DNA of 64,000 nt from Acidimicrobiales bacterium (GCA_965216655.1 CBDCGP010000056.1:68782-132781); one strand, 5' to 3'; positions 9,507 to 20,906 are shown, numbered from the stretch's first letter. Translations and numbers: made by a program. The notes: a model not told the origin generated them from the letters alone.

Positions 9507-10280
9507 CTAGGAGCGGCCGGCCATCCGGCGGTTGGCGATCTTCGACTTGACGTAGTCGCGGTTCATGTAGGCGATGAAGTCCTGGCTGATCTCCTTGGGG
9601 CAGGCCTCGGTGCATTCGCCGTGGTTGGTGCACGACCCGAAGAACTGCTCCATCGTCTCGACCATCGCCTCGCTCCGCCGGAACCGCTCCGCCTGACCCT
9701 GAGGCAGTGAGTTGAGGTGCCACAACTTGGCCGACGTGAACAACTGGGCCGCCGAGTTGGGGCACGCGGCCACGCAGGCACCGCACCCGATGCACGCCGC
9801 CGCGTCCATGGCCGAGTCGGCGACATCCTTGGGCACCGGAATCTCATTGGCATCGGGCGCCGAACCGGTGGGAGCGGTGATGTAGCCGCCGGCCTCGACG
9901 ATGCGGTCGAGCGGCGAGCGGTCGACCACCAGATCTCGGATCACGGGGAACGCGGCGGCCCGCCACGGCTCGATGACGATGGTGTCACCGTCGTTGAACT
10001 TGCGCATGTGGAGCTGGCAGGTGGCGGTGCCCTTCTCCTGGCCGTGGGCCCGACCGTTGATCATCACACCACACGTACCGCAGATGCCTTCCCGGCAGTC
10101 GTGGGGAAACTCGATCGGAAGCTGACCGTCTTCGATGAGGCCCTCGTTGACGATGTCGAGCATCTCGAGGAACGACGCATCGTCGGGGATGCCCTTGGCC
10201 TGGTAGGTCTCGAAGCGGCCTTTGGCCACCGGCCCGTCCTGCCGCCAGATGCTGAGGGTGAGGTTCAGTTTCTTCGACAT
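9507..10280 (-). CDS. sdhB: Succinate dehydrogenase/fumarate reductase iron-sulfur subunit
   Basis: Cys clusters [22 protein letters not shown] and [12 protein letters not shown]. Abuts sdhA, whose stop is adjacent to the sdhB start at 10280/10281. Confidence 0.95.
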   Translation of the reverse strand: MSKKLNLTLSIWRQDGPVAKGRFETYQAKGIPDDASFLEMLDIVNEGLIEDGQLPIEFPHDCREGICGTCGVMINGRAHGQEKGTATCQLHMRKFNDGDTIVIEPWRAAAFPVIRDLVVDRSPLDRIVEAGGYITAPTGSAPDANEIPVPKDVADSAMDAAACIGCGACVAACPNSAAQLFTSAKLWHLNSLPQGQAERFRRSEAMVETMEQFFGSCTNHGECTEACPKEISQDFIAYMNRDYVKSKIANRRMAGRS

Positions 10281-12197
10281 TTACTTGTAGCTCCTCTGAG
10301 TCAGCGCGACTTCCTCGAAGGTCAGTTCCTCCGCGTGTTTGGTCTGCGGTGTGTCTGGTCCGTTCCACTCCCAGGCCGACACGTGGGCGAAGTTCTCGTC
10401 GTCGCGCAACGCCTCACCCTCGGCGGTCTGGCTCTCGACCCGGAAGTGCCCGCCGCACGACTCCTCCCGATCCAGGGCGTCACGGGCCATCAGCTCACCG
10501 AGTTCGAAGAAATCGGCGACCCGCCCGGCCTTCTCGAGTGAGCTGTTGAGCGACTCGTTGGTGCCGAGCACCCGCACGTCCGACCAGAAATCCTCCCGCA
10601 GTGCCTGGATCTCGCTGATCGCCTTCTCCAGGCCGTTGCGGTCGCGGGCCATACCGATGTATTCCCAGATGATCTTGCCGAGCTCCCGGTGGAAGTGCTC
10701 CGGCGAGCGGGTTCCCCCGGTGCTGAGGAAGCGCTGGATCTGGCCCTGGGCGTCGGCCTCCGCCTGGATGAACGCCGGGTCGTCGATCGACACCGGGTCG
10801 GTGCCGAGCAGCGGCGCCAGGTAGTTGCCGATGGTGTAGGGGAGTACGAAGTAGCCGTCGGCGAGGCCCTGCATCAGCGCCGAAGCACCGAGCCGGTTGG
10901 CCCCGTGGTCCGAGAAATTGGCCTCTCCGGCCGAGAAGCAGCCGGGGATGGTGGTCATCAGGTTGTAGTCGACCCAGAGGCCGCCCATCGTGTAGTGGGT
11001 GGCGGGGTAGATCCGCATCGGCACCGAGTAGGGATCCTCGCCGGTGATGCGGTCGTACATCTGGAACAGGTTGCCGTACTTCTCCTCGATGGTGTTGCGG
11101 CCGTCGCGGGCGATGGCATCGGCGAAATCGAGGTACACACCGTTCTTGAGCGGCCCGACACCCAGGCCCTGATCGACGACCGTCTTGGCGTTGCGGGAGG
11201 CCACATCGCGGGGCACGAGGTTGCCGAACGACGGGTACTTCTCCTCCAGGTAGTAGTAGCGCTCGGCCTCGGGAATCTCGGCCGCTCGGCGGGTCTCGTC
11301 GGGGTTGCGTGGCACCCAGATCCGGCCGTCGTTGCGCAGCGATTCCGACATCAGCGTCAGCTTCGACTGGAACTCGTCGGAGGCGGGAATGCAGGTCGGG
11401 TGGATCTGCGTGTAGCAGGGATTGGCGAAGTAGGCCCCTTTGCGGTGGGCCCGCCAGGCCGCCGTGACGTTGCAGGCCATGGCGTTGGTGCTGAGGTAGA
11501 AGACGTTGCCGTAGCCGCCGGTGGCCAGCACCACGGCATGGCCGGAATGGGACGAGATCTCGCCGGTCACCAGGTCGCGGCAGACGATGCCGACCGCCGC
11601 CCCGTCCTTCACCACCAGATCGACCATCTCGGTCTGGGTGTGCAGGGTGACCTTGCCCTCGTGGACCTGGCGCATCATCTGCTGGTAGGCGCCGAGCAGC
11701 AGCTGCTGGCCTGTCTGGCCGCGGGCGTAGAAGGTGCGTGAGACCTGGGCGCCGCCGAAGGAGCGGTTGTCGAGCAGCCCTCCGTACTCCCGAGCGAACG
11801 GAACGCCCTGGGCGGCCATCTGGTCGATGATGTTGACCGAGACCTGGGCGAGCCGGTAGACGTTGGCCTCACGGGAGCGGTAATCGCCTCCCTTGACCGT
11901 GTCGTAGAAGAGGCGGTAGATGCTGTCGCCGTCGTTCTGGTAGTTCTTGGCTGCGTTGATGCCGCCCTGGGCCGCGATCGAGTGCGCCCGGCGGGGGGAA
12001 TCGTGGAAGGTGAAGGCGTGGACGTTGTAGCCCAGTTCGCCGAAGGTGGCGGCCGCCGAGGCGCCGGCCAGGCCCGTGCCGACCACGATGATCTTGAACT
12101 TGCGCTTGTTGGCGGGGTTGACGAGCTTGATGTCGAAGCGGTGGTTGTCCCATTTGTCGGCCATCGGGCCTTCGGGGACGTGGGAATCGGGAAGCAT
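10281..12197 (-). CDS. sdhA: Succinate dehydrogenase/fumarate reductase flavoprotein subunit
   Basis: FAD-binding [25 protein letters not shown] (covalent-FAD His region HSIAAQGG), [10 protein letters not shown]. Confidence 0.95.
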   Translation of the reverse strand: MLPDSHVPEGPMADKWDNHRFDIKLVNPANKRKFKIIVVGTGLAGASAAATFGELGYNVHAFTFHDSPRRAHSIAAQGGINAAKNYQNDGDSIYRLFYDTVKGGDYRSREANVYRLAQVSVNIIDQMAAQGVPFAREYGGLLDNRSFGGAQVSRTFYARGQTGQQLLLGAYQQMMRQVHEGKVTLHTQTEMVDLVVKDGAAVGIVCRDLVTGEISSHSGHAVVLATGGYGNVFYLSTNAMACNVTAAWRAHRKGAYFANPCYTQIHPTCIPASDEFQSKLTLMSESLRNDGRIWVPRNPDETRRAAEIPEAERYYYLEEKYPSFGNLVPRDVASRNAKTVVDQGLGVGPLKNGVYLDFADAIARDGRNTIEEKYGNLFQMYDRITGEDPYSVPMRIYPATHYTMGGLWVDYNLMTTIPGCFSAGEANFSDHGANRLGASALMQGLADGYFVLPYTIGNYLAPLLGTDPVSIDDPAFIQAEADAQGQIQRFLSTGGTRSPEHFHRELGKIIWEYIGMARDRNGLEKAISEIQALREDFWSDVRVLGTNESLNSSLEKAGRVADFFELGELMARDALDREESCGGHFRVESQTAEGEALRDDENFAHVSAWEWNGPDTPQTKHAEELTFEEVALTQRSYK

Positions 12198-12216
12198 GTG
12201 TCGTCTCCTCTCGGAC

Positions 12217-13035
12217 CTATCCCGCGCTCACGAGGCTTGGGTCGTAGTCGATGATTCCGGTGAGAACCGCAATCGGGAAGCTGACGTTGCCGACCAGGAT
12301 GATGACGGCCAGTGCGGTGGCCAGACCCCGGCGGACGCTGTTGTAGTTCGGGTTGTTGATGCCCAGGCTCTGGAACATCGAGTACACCCCGTGATAGATG
12401 TGCACCGCCAGCATGACGTTGGCCACGATGTAGATGATCGCCACCACCGGATTCGACAGCGAGTTCACGACATTGGCCTGCACCTCGCCCCGCTCCCAGT
12501 CGGTGTGGGGGAGCCAGCCCCAGGTCAGGTCGGCCAGGTGGAAGATGATGTAGGCCAGCACGATCACGCCGGTGTAGCGCATCGAGCGGGAGGCGAAATT
12601 GGCGGCGAGCCAATCACGCTTCGACTGGTAGGCCACGTTGGCCTCCGCGTTCATCCTGGTGAGGCTGTAGGCGGAGTGGATGTGCAGGACGAAGGCGGCG
12701 ATCAGGCCGCCGCGCAGCGCCCACAGGAGCCAGGTGCGGGGGAAGATCGGGGTGAACAGCTCCCGGAGTCCCTCGGCGTAGATATCGATGTCGTAGAGCA
12801 TCTCGCCGTCGTGCTCGATCACGCCGAGGTACAGCTTGATGTTGCCGAACATGTGGAACAACACGAAGCCGAGGAGAGCGATGCCGGTTGCGGCCATCAC
12901 CCACTTCTTACCGACCGCCGTCTGGTAGAGGCTGAGCGGGAAGGGGGCCTGACGGCGAGGGGACCGGATCGGGCGATCCGCGCTCCGTGCCGGTTGCGAT
13001 GGTTGGGAATCTCTGGCAGCAGCTGGCGCAGCCAT
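12217..13035 (-). CDS. sdhC: Succinate dehydrogenase cytochrome b (b558-type, five TM helices)
   Basis: Multi-TM protein with conserved His residues ([31 protein letters not shown]) directly upstream of sdhA. Start trimmed to ATG 13035; the 13197 start adds a non-membrane Pro/Ser-rich extension. Confidence 0.85.
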   Translation of the reverse strand: MAAPAAARDSQPSQPARSADRPIRSPRRQAPFPLSLYQTAVGKKWVMAATGIALLGFVLFHMFGNIKLYLGVIEHDGEMLYDIDIYAEGLRELFTPIFPRTWLLWALRGGLIAAFVLHIHSAYSLTRMNAEANVAYQSKRDWLAANFASRSMRYTGVIVLAYIIFHLADLTWGWLPHTDWERGEVQANVVNSLSNPVVAIIYIVANVMLAVHIYHGVYSMFQSLGINNPNYNSVRRGLATALAVIILVGNVSFPIAVLTGIIDYDPSLVSAG

Positions 13036-13284
13036 GTCGGGGCGACCTCCGCGAGACGTTGATGGCAGCGAGCGAGTCGAACCCGCTGGAACCGAAGCCC
13101 CCGGCTCGGTCGTTGTCGGAGGCAGCTCAGTGGAGTCGCATCCGATCGGCAGACCGGGGGAACGCCACTGAATCGCTGCGGCTGCGGCCGCGACCAATCG
13201 CGGGTTGCAATCAGTACAGCGGCAACGATAGCGGGCGCTGATCGTCGTGGGCCATCCGCGCCGGGTTTTCGGCCGGAGTCGGGG

Positions 13285-15474
13285 TCAGGCCAGTTCGGCG
13301 TCTGCCGGCACGACCAGTGTCCGGTATCGGCGGTCGGCGGCTCGGGTCTCGTCACCGTCGCGGGCGTGGATCGAGAGCTCGACGTCGAGCGGACCCACGA
13401 CGTCGGGCACGGTGAACACGAGGTCGGCCACTTTCACGCAGGCGTCGGCGTCGAGTCCGGATCGCCACGCTTTGGCATCGCAAGCCACCGGGTTGCCGGT
13501 TGCGTCGTTGATTCGGGCGGTGACGGTGGCCTGCTCGATGCCGTGCGGCAGGTCGCTTACCGCGTGTATCGCGGCGGCAACCGTCTGGCCGGGAACGACC
13601 ATCGCCGGCAGCGGTTCGAGCAACACGATGACCGGCAGGCAGGCTCCTCGCACTCTATGCCATGCCGGCTTTGGCGTGCGATCGAGTTCGACGAGGCCGA
13701 ATCCGCCCTCCGGCTCGATGTCGGCCAGCGCGAACAGGCAGAACCCGCCGGCCGGCGAGTACTTGACGCGGCGTAGTGTCTCGATGTGGAAGGTCAGCAG
13801 GTCGCCCTGATAGCGGCGGGTGGCCTCGGCCCACGATTCGCCGTCGTCGTGGTCGCTCCGGGCGACGTAGCGATCGAACGACGGCCGCTCGGCGGTGACC
13901 CATCGGGGTTCGTCCTCACCCCAGGCTCGCACCGCAACGCTTTGACTGCCGATCCCGCCGGGGAAGGCGCCGAGGCGGGGCCAGCTGGCCACCGCGTCGG
14001 CGAAGTCGGTGACGAGGCCCGCCCGCCAACCGAACCACAGGAAGGTGTCGGAGCCGGCCGGGTCGGCGAGGCTGGGGAGCGAGGCGGAGCGGGTGACGAT
14101 GGGCCTCGTCGGATCGGCCGCCTTGAGCTCGCGCCCGATGATCGAGTCGAGAACCTCTCGATTCCACGACGGCGTGACGTGTCGGGCGAACCTCCGAAGG
14201 ATGGCCCGTGGTCGCTCCTGACGATCTCCGGTCGGAAGTTCGACCGCGGCGCCGTTTGGCTGCAGGTGGCCGCCCCAGACCGCCACCGACGGGTGCGCGC
14301 CCAGGTGGTCGACGATTTCCCGCACGATCGTCTTCGTGGCGCGGCGGATCTTGGACGAGTACCCACCGATCAGTGGGAGATCCTGCCAGATGAGCACTCC
14401 AGTTTCGTCGGCCGCATCGTAGACCTCCTGTCGGGTGACGTGGGCGTGCACCCGCATCATGTCGAGGCCGGCGTCGGCCACCAGCGCAACGTCGTCCCGC
14501 AGCCGGTCGGCCGACACGTCGTTCAGCCACGGTCCGGCCGGACCGTAGGCGACGCCCTTCACGAACATCCGCCGGCCGTTTACCCGCCAGATGAAGTTGT
14601 TCATCCTCACGGTGCGCAGGCCGGTGCGCCACTGGCGGCGGTCGGACTCGACGCCGTCGCAGAGCACCGAGACGGCAACCTCGTACAGCGGCTGCTCACC
14701 CAGCGAACGCGGCCACCACAACTCGGGATCGTCGACGTTCACCTCCCATTCCAGGCGGTTCTCACCGGCTGCGAGCCGATGGGTCGACTCGGAGCCGGCA
14801 ACCCGGTCGCCGCGGCGGGTGACATCGGCGACCACGGTGATCTCGTCATGGCCGACACTGTCGACCACCAGCCGGACGGACAACATCGCGGTTGCTTCGT
14901 TCGCCGACGTGCAGAGCAGGCGGCCGTGGCGGATGGCCACCGGCCCGGTGGCGTCGATGTGAACGGGCCGCCAGATGCCGCCCGGATTGCCGGGAGGCGC
15001 CAGCGAGCCGGTCTGGAGCGAACCGGTGAGCGACGTGTTGTCGCGTACGTCGGCCCGCCGCCCCCCACCTGGCGGGCAGAACACGTCGACCGCGAGGTCG
15101 TGGTCGTTGCGGGCCTTCAACTGCTCGGTGATCTCGAACCGGTGGGGGGCGAAGTAGCCGACGGTGTCACCGAGGTACCCGCCGTCGAGCCACACCTCGG
15201 CGCTGCTGAGCACGCCGTCGAAACACAGCCAGTGGCGGGTTCCGTCGTCGGACCGGGCGGCGGCTCCCAGGTCGTCATTGTGGAATCGACGGCGGTGCAG
15301 CACGGGACCCCGCTCGCCGGCAAGTTCCGGATACTGCGCCCAATGGCCCGGGACGTCCACCGTCGGCCAGGCGCTGTGATCGAGGTCGGGGGCCACGCCG
15401 GTCCGAAGCAGCTCCTGATCCACCGGCCGGGCGCACCATTGGCCGTTGAGGTCGTGAACCGTCCCACGACTCAT
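13285..15474 (-). CDS. Glycoside hydrolase family 2 protein (beta-mannosidase/beta-galactosidase-like)
   Basis: LNGQWCARPVD...WPTVDVPGHW, EVWLDGGYLG, NFIWRVNGRRMFVKGV, GLDMMRVHAH, VLIWQDLPL. Start trimmed to ATG 15474 because the longer ORF overlaps the divergent ATPase gene. Confidence 0.8.
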   Translation of the reverse strand: MSRGTVHDLNGQWCARPVDQELLRTGVAPDLDHSAWPTVDVPGHWAQYPELAGERGPVLHRRRFHNDDLGAAARSDDGTRHWLCFDGVLSSAEVWLDGGYLGDTVGYFAPHRFEITEQLKARNDHDLAVDVFCPPGGGRRADVRDNTSLTGSLQTGSLAPPGNPGGIWRPVHIDATGPVAIRHGRLLCTSANEATAMLSVRLVVDSVGHDEITVVADVTRRGDRVAGSESTHRLAAGENRLEWEVNVDDPELWWPRSLGEQPLYEVAVSVLCDGVESDRRQWRTGLRTVRMNNFIWRVNGRRMFVKGVAYGPAGPWLNDVSADRLRDDVALVADAGLDMMRVHAHVTRQEVYDAADETGVLIWQDLPLIGGYSSKIRRATKTIVREIVDHLGAHPSVAVWGGHLQPNGAAVELPTGDRQERPRAILRRFARHVTPSWNREVLDSIIGRELKAADPTRPIVTRSASLPSLADPAGSDTFLWFGWRAGLVTDFADAVASWPRLGAFPGGIGSQSVAVRAWGEDEPRWVTAERPSFDRYVARSDHDDGESWAEATRRYQGDLLTFHIETLRRVKYSPAGGFCLFALADIEPEGGFGLVELDRTPKPAWHRVRGACLPVIVLLEPLPAMVVPGQTVAAAIHAVSDLPHGIEQATVTARINDATGNPVACDAKAWRSGLDADACVKVADLVFTVPDVVGPLDVELSIHARDGDETRAADRRYRTLVVPADAELA

Positions 15475-15625
15475 GATCTTTGGGCCGCAGTCGGGACCAC
15501 CGAACGAAACATACCCGAGAACGGTACCGCCCGCCGGTTGGATGCGACGCGAACCCGCACGGCCGCACCCATGGCGGCCGAGGGTGAGTCGTCGCCGGGG
15601 GTGCGGTGGTTGTAGTGTCGAGTAG

Positions 15626-17089
15626 GTGCCTCGACAACCCGAATCCGCCCCCGCAGCAAAAACCATCGGTGAGCTGAAGTCATCCGGCTGGGTTTCCCGC
15701 TCGGTCAAGGAGGAGCTGCGAGCCAACGCCGTGGCCCGGATCCGGGCCGGCGACGACCTGTTCACGGGCATCATCGGCTACGGCGAAACCGTGCTTCCTC
15801 AGCTGGAGCACGCTGTCCTGGCCGGCCACGACATGATCTTCCTGGGCGAGCGGGGCCAGGCCAAGACCCGTATGATCCGAGCGCTCACCGGCCTGCTCGA
15901 CGAATGGATGCCGATCGTCGCCGGATCGGAGATCAACGACGACCCCTACAACCCGATCTCCCGCTACGCCATCGATCTCGTCGCCGAACACGGCGACGCA
16001 ACCGAGGTGACCTGGGTCCACCGGGATCGCCGTTTCGGTGAGAAGCTGGCGACACCCGACACGTCGATCGCCGATCTGATCGGTGAAGTCGATCCGATCA
16101 AGGTGGCCGAGGGCCGCTATCTGTCCGACGAGCTGACCCTCCACTACGGGCTCGTGCCCCGCACCAACCGCGGGGTGTTCGCCATCAACGAACTGCCGGA
16201 TCTGGCCGAGCGGATCCAGGTCGGCCTGCTCAACATCCTGGAGGAGCGCGACGTCCAGATCCGTGGCTACAAGGTGCGCCTGCCGCTCGACGTGATGCTG
16301 GTGGCATCGGCCAACCCGGAGGACTACACGAACCGGGGTCGGATGATCACACCACTGAAGGATCGGTTCGGCGCCCAGATCCGCACCCACTATCCGCTCG
16401 ATGTCGACACCGAGATCGCCATCGCCCGCCAGGAGGCCGTCCTTCCCGGCATGGCAGGGTCCGACCAGGCGTCGGATGCCGGGATCGACGTGGCGGTGCC
16501 GGGGTTCATGGAGAACCTGGTCGCCACCTTCACCCAGCTGGCTCGACAGAGCAGCCACATCAACCAGCGGTCCGGTGTCTCGGTTCGCCTCACCGTGGCC
16601 AACCTCGAAACCCTGGTGGCGGCCGCCACTCGTCGGGCCCTGCGGCTCGGCGAAGACGAGGCCGTTCCCCGGATCAGCGATCTCGACGCCCTGATCGCGT
16701 CGACCGCCGGCAAGATCGAGGTGGAGTCGCTCGACGACGATCGCGACGCCGAGGTGATCGACCACCTGCTGCGGGGTGCGGTGCTCACCGTGTTCAAGAA
16801 CGAGGTCGACCCCGAACTGATCCGATCGATCGTCGAGGAGTTCGAGGGTGAGCTGGTGGCCAACGTCGGTGACGACCTGCCGGCCGCCAACTACGTGGAG
16901 CTCGTCCAGCGAAGCCCGGCCATGGCGGCAGCCGTCGACAGCCTCACCGGTGACGCTACGACCGCCGGGTTCAAGGCGTCGGCTGTCGAGTTGCTGCTCG
17001 AGGGCCTCCATCTGTCGAAGCGGCTCAACAAGGACACCATGGCGGGGCACGGCCGTTCCTCCGGCTCGGCGACGTACCGTGGCCGTTGA
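15626..17089 (+). CDS. AAA+ ATPase, ChlI/MoxR (Mg-chelatase-like) family
   Basis: Walker A-like FLGERGQAKTRM, Walker B GVFAINELPDL, arginine-finger region ASANPEDYTNRGRMITPLKDRFG; 487 aa. This is the type that pairs with a large vWA protein. Confidence 0.8.
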   Translation: MPRQPESAPAAKTIGELKSSGWVSRSVKEELRANAVARIRAGDDLFTGIIGYGETVLPQLEHAVLAGHDMIFLGERGQAKTRMIRALTGLLDEWMPIVAGSEINDDPYNPISRYAIDLVAEHGDATEVTWVHRDRRFGEKLATPDTSIADLIGEVDPIKVAEGRYLSDELTLHYGLVPRTNRGVFAINELPDLAERIQVGLLNILEERDVQIRGYKVRLPLDVMLVASANPEDYTNRGRMITPLKDRFGAQIRTHYPLDVDTEIAIARQEAVLPGMAGSDQASDAGIDVAVPGFMENLVATFTQLARQSSHINQRSGVSVRLTVANLETLVAAATRRALRLGEDEAVPRISDLDALIASTAGKIEVESLDDDRDAEVIDHLLRGAVLTVFKNEVDPELIRSIVEEFEGELVANVGDDLPAANYVELVQRSPAMAAAVDSLTGDATTAGFKASAVELLLEGLHLSKRLNKDTMAGHGRSSGSATYRGR

Positions 17090-17256
17090 GAGCGGCCCCG
17101 TTCCGAAGCAGGATTTCTGTGGCGTCGTCGTCACGGCGCCCATCGACGGGCGTTACATCCGATGAGGAGAACGATGGGAACCGCTCCAGGGATCAGTTGG
17201 GATCAGCAGGGATGATGAGGGTGGAGTCGACGGAGTGACCGCGGATTGAGTGTGTT

Positions 17257-17832
17257 GTGGCCCGGATACTGATCCGACCCGAGGATCTGGCGCGGCTGGC
17301 CCAGCGGTTCGACGCCGCGGCCGACGATCTGGCGCGCTCCGGCCGCCGCCTCCTCCGTGAACGCCACGAGGTCCAACTCAACCCGGCCGACGAGACGTTC
17401 CCGGCCGGCCGGTTCGCAGAGCGGTCCGGGCTGATCGAGTCGAACCTACGCAGGCTCGGTGACGAGTTCCGGCTCGACGCAGGGCTGATGGCTCAGACGG
17501 TCGACGATGCCGAGTTCGACTCCCAGTCCCGGTGGGTGGCCGGTTTTCGTGAAGGTACGTCCGGTGGGCCGGTGGGGGCTTGGGGTCTGGTGTCGGGAGC
17601 CCTGATCGCCCTGGCCGGCGGCCCAAGGAGTGACGCGCCGGCGCCTCTGGTCGCCTCCTCGACCGGGCCCGGGGGTCTGTTCGCAGCGGCCGCAACAAGT
17701 GAGGCCGCCGGGGCGGTCGTGCTCGAACGCCTCATGGGCCGCCTCGCCGGGTCGGCAGCGCCGCCCCCGGGCGGCGGCGCGCTCTGGTCGCACATCGTCG
17801 GTCAACTGTTCGAGGCGGAAGATGATTCCTGA
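17257..17832 (+). CDS. Hypothetical protein (helical N-terminus, Gly/Ala/Pro-rich C-terminus)
   Basis: 191-aa ORF with a GTG start. The N-terminal IRPEDLARLAQRFDAAADDL pattern weakly recalls WXG100-like helical hairpins. No firm motif. Confidence 0.4.
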   Translation: MARILIRPEDLARLAQRFDAAADDLARSGRRLLRERHEVQLNPADETFPAGRFAERSGLIESNLRRLGDEFRLDAGLMAQTVDDAEFDSQSRWVAGFREGTSGGPVGAWGLVSGALIALAGGPRSDAPAPLVASSTGPGGLFAAAATSEAAGAVVLERLMGRLAGSAAPPPGGGALWSHIVGQLFEAEDDS

Positions 17833-17865
17833 CCTCCGGCTGTCGGCCCGTCGGGATCCGATGCC

Positions 17866-18816
17866 ATGACCGTCGGTCTGCTCGTCACCTCGCTGGTACT
17901 GGGGCTGCGGCACGGCGTCGACTGGGACCACATTGCCGCCATCGCCGATCTGAGCGGCGCGGCCGACGATCGCCGCCGTGGTTTCCGGTTGGCGCTCCTC
18001 TACGCCGTCGGCCACGCCGTCGTCGTGTTTGCTCTCGGCTGTCTGGCCATTGTCGCCGGTTCCGCCATTCCCGAGTCGCTTGACCGGTGGATGGGGCGGA
18101 TCGTCGGTCTGACGCTGATCTGGCTCGGAATCTGGGTCATCGTCGAGCTGGTTCGCCATGGGCGGGATTTCCGCCTGCGGAGCCGGTGGATGCTGGTGCT
18201 CGACGGCGCGTTCGCCGGAATCAGACGGGTCGGCCGGCGGGCCGATCACCGCCTGATCGAGATCGAGCACGAACACGAGCACGATCACCCGGATCACGGT
18301 GACCACAGCTCCGACCATCACCATCGCCACGACGCTGCGGTCGAGCCGGACGGGTCGCCGCTCGCGGTTTCAGGAGCGCCGGCCGAGCCGGTTCCTGCCG
18401 GGCGGGTGCAGCGGCTGCTGGCTCGTCGGGTCCGGCATTCCCACGTTCACCGTCACACGGTGCAGCTGCCCGATCGTCTCGACGGCGGAGCGGGGGCCGG
18501 TACCGGAGCGGGTACCGCGGCCGGCATCGGCATGCTCCACGGCGTCGGGGTCGAGAGCCCCACGCAGATCGCGGTCTTCGTCGCCTCAACCTCGGTGGTT
18601 GGCTGGAGTGCAGGGCTGGCCATTCTCCTGGCCTGGTGCGTCGGTCTCATCATCGCCAACTCGGCCCTCGCCGTGCTCGCCGGTTTCGGTCTGCTGGAAG
18701 CCCGTCGAAACTTCACCCTCTACGCTGTGATCGCCGCCCTCGTGGCGGTCGGCTCGATCACGATGGGTGTGCTCTACCTGTTCTCCTTCGACGTGTTGCC
18801 GGCCATCACGCTGTAG
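17866..18816 (+). CDS. NiCoT/UreH-like nickel-cobalt transporter with a histidine-rich loop
   Basis: LGLRHGVDWDHIAAI (H-x4-DH signature), second-half motif GMLHGVGVESPTQ, central loop EIEHEHEHDHPDHGDHSSDHHHRHD, multiple TM helices. Confidence 0.75.
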   Translation: MTVGLLVTSLVLGLRHGVDWDHIAAIADLSGAADDRRRGFRLALLYAVGHAVVVFALGCLAIVAGSAIPESLDRWMGRIVGLTLIWLGIWVIVELVRHGRDFRLRSRWMLVLDGAFAGIRRVGRRADHRLIEIEHEHEHDHPDHGDHSSDHHHRHDAAVEPDGSPLAVSGAPAEPVPAGRVQRLLARRVRHSHVHRHTVQLPDRLDGGAGAGTGAGTAAGIGMLHGVGVESPTQIAVFVASTSVVGWSAGLAILLAWCVGLIIANSALAVLAGFGLLEARRNFTLYAVIAALVAVGSITMGVLYLFSFDVLPAITL

Positions 18817-18856
18817 CCGCCGCACCGCCGATCGGGTGGGGCAGGCTCCTCGCTCG

Positions 18857-19954
18857 TTACACAGGCATCCCGAGGCGGTCGTGAACGGGAGCCATGGCTT
18901 GCAGGTCCGGCATCACCTCGGCGGCGAACAGTCGGGCGTTCCGCTCGGCCTCCTCCGGCGGCATGCCGGCGTAGCCGAACACCCCCATGTAGGCATCCAT
19001 GTAGGTGTTGTCCTGGAGATGGACGATCCGTTCCTTCACCTGGTCCGGTGTGCCCCAGATCTGCAGGTCGACGAAGAAGTCGGCCATCTTCTCTCGGCCG
19101 CCGGGGGCGGTCAACAGGTCGTACATCTGCCCGTGGAACTCGTAGCCGGGCGTGTTCTTCAGGTGGTCCTGGTCGAATTCGTAGTGTTCGATGACGGAGT
19201 CCCAGTAGCCGCCGATCCAGCGGCGGGCCATCGTCTCGGCCCGGTCGGCCGATTCGTCGACAAACGTCCACCCGGCCACATACGGTGGCGGGGCCTCCTC
19301 GCCGGTGGCGCCCCGGAACGTCGCCCGATAGGTGGCCAGCTCCTCCCGCACATGCTTCCAAGGCTTCTGGGGGATGATGAGGATCCCGACGCCCATCTTC
19401 GCCATGATCGCCGCCGACTCGGTGGAGACGGCGGCAGCGTAGGTCCTGCCCCGGAACGACTTGTGTGGCCGAGGGCGGATGTCCTTGCGGGGTTGACGCA
19501 CGAACTCGCCGTCGTACTCGACCCAACCCCGCTCGAGGCCGGTGAGGATCATGTCGGCCGACTCGGCGAATCGAGCTCGCGCCTCCGGCATGGCCACACC
19601 GAACCCCTCGAACTCGACCCGGCCGGTGCCGCGACCGATCCCGAGGATGACCCGGCCGCCGGACATGGCGTCGAGCATGGCGACCTCCTCGGCGACTCGA
19701 ACCGGGTCGTGCCAGGGGAGCACGCAGACCATCGATCCGAGCTGGATCGATTCGGTGCAGCCTGCCATGTAGCTGAGGAACTGGAAGACGTCCGGACACA
19801 TCGTGTAGTCGGTGAAGTGATGCTCCACGCTCCAGATCGACTCGAACCCGAGCGGTTCGGCCAGGCGGGCGAGGGCCAGATCCTGGGCGTAGACCTGCTC
19901 ATCGGGCAGGGATCCGTTGGGATTCTGGAAGATTACCGACATTCCGACGTGCAT
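18857..19954 (-). CDS. LLM-class (luciferase-like) flavin-dependent oxidoreductase
   Basis: LGFESIWSVEHHFTDY, GRVILGIGRGTGRVEF; 365 aa. Confidence 0.85.
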   Translation of the reverse strand: MHVGMSVIFQNPNGSLPDEQVYAQDLALARLAEPLGFESIWSVEHHFTDYTMCPDVFQFLSYMAGCTESIQLGSMVCVLPWHDPVRVAEEVAMLDAMSGGRVILGIGRGTGRVEFEGFGVAMPEARARFAESADMILTGLERGWVEYDGEFVRQPRKDIRPRPHKSFRGRTYAAAVSTESAAIMAKMGVGILIIPQKPWKHVREELATYRATFRGATGEEAPPPYVAGWTFVDESADRAETMARRWIGGYWDSVIEHYEFDQDHLKNTPGYEFHGQMYDLLTAPGGREKMADFFVDLQIWGTPDQVKERIVHLQDNTYMDAYMGVFGYAGMPPEEAERNARLFAAEVMPDLQAMAPVHDRLGMPV

Positions 19955-20012
19955 GGCTCAAGGGTAGTTGTGGCCGCTCGATCGCGGAAAATGCCGTGGC
20001 GGCACCGGGTGG

Positions 20013-20774
20013 TCAGCCCGTGTCGGCCCCACTGTCGTCGATACGGATGCCGTCGCCGATCGTCACGAGTCCGGGTTGTGGCACCACGGCGCCTATTCCG
20101 AGGAATGTGGCCCTCTCGGCGTTGATCGTCTTGAGCACCGACAGGTCTCGCTCCAAGGAGGGCTCGCCGTCGTGGGCGGCCTGTGGGCGCGTCGTCATGA
20201 CACAGCGGTCGATGGGCCTGGTGACGTCGAGGATGGCTCCGCCGAGCCCGACCGTTCGGCCGACCAGATCATCCTCGCCGTCGCCGTCGAGTATCACGTT
20301 GATGCGGAAGCGTCGCCGATCCCAGTCGCGAAGTGTCGTGGCCGAGACCAGCGAGACCATGCGTCGGGTCGAGTCGTGGAACGAGCCACTCGGTCCTTCC
20401 CACCGGATCCATTCGCCGGTTTCGCTCGCGTCGGCCTGCGTTTCGAAGGTTCCGGTGCGGTCGGGGGCGGCGGCCCGGAGTTCTACCGGCCGGCCGAGCC
20501 AGGCCGAAAGTGCCTCGTCGTCGTCGGTCTCGGTGCCGTCGGGCAGGGTGATGATCACGCCGTCGGCCACGGTCGGGCCGGCGAGGCGGGCCGACGCGAG
20601 CAGCAGCTCGGGTTCACGGCGGGCCGTGAGGTTGGCTCCCGACTCCACATCGACCAACGACCAGGCCCGGTCGCCGGTGATGCCGTGCAAACCGATGTGT
20701 GCGCTCGGTAAGCGCTCGCCCAGCATCGACTTGACGGGATACCGCCACAGCTCGGTCACGGTGAGATCGGTCAT
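20013..20774 (-). CDS. MOSC domain protein
   Basis: MTDLTVTELWRYPVKSMLGERL is the typical MOSC N-terminal beta-barrel start. Start taken at ATG 20774; an alternative lies at 20804. Confidence 0.75.
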   Translation of the reverse strand: MTDLTVTELWRYPVKSMLGERLPSAHIGLHGITGDRAWSLVDVESGANLTARREPELLLASARLAGPTVADGVIITLPDGTETDDDEALSAWLGRPVELRAAAPDRTGTFETQADASETGEWIRWEGPSGSFHDSTRRMVSLVSATTLRDWDRRRFRINVILDGDGEDDLVGRTVGLGGAILDVTRPIDRCVMTTRPQAAHDGEPSLERDLSVLKTINAERATFLGIGAVVPQPGLVTIGDGIRIDDSGADTG

Positions 20775-20906
20775 GGCGGGCGAGCGTAGTCGACCCTTCG
20801 GCATTCTTCAGATCGCCCGTCTGAGCAGCGTACCGGCGGCTGCGGCCGACGTTTTCGGTGGGTTGGGGCCGCCGGAATGCAGTGGTGCGGGCTCGGTGGG
20901 CGCGGC

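Noticed and set aside
12217-13197. N-terminal extensions of listed ORFs: sdhC to 13197, GH2 to 15774, kinase to 32210, pstS from 34001, pstC from 35408, mdh from 2585, and the HEAT protein to 46486.
   Set aside because: The extensions overlap neighbouring or divergent genes, lack homology-like sequence, and internal starts with RBS-like motifs reproduce canonical N-termini.
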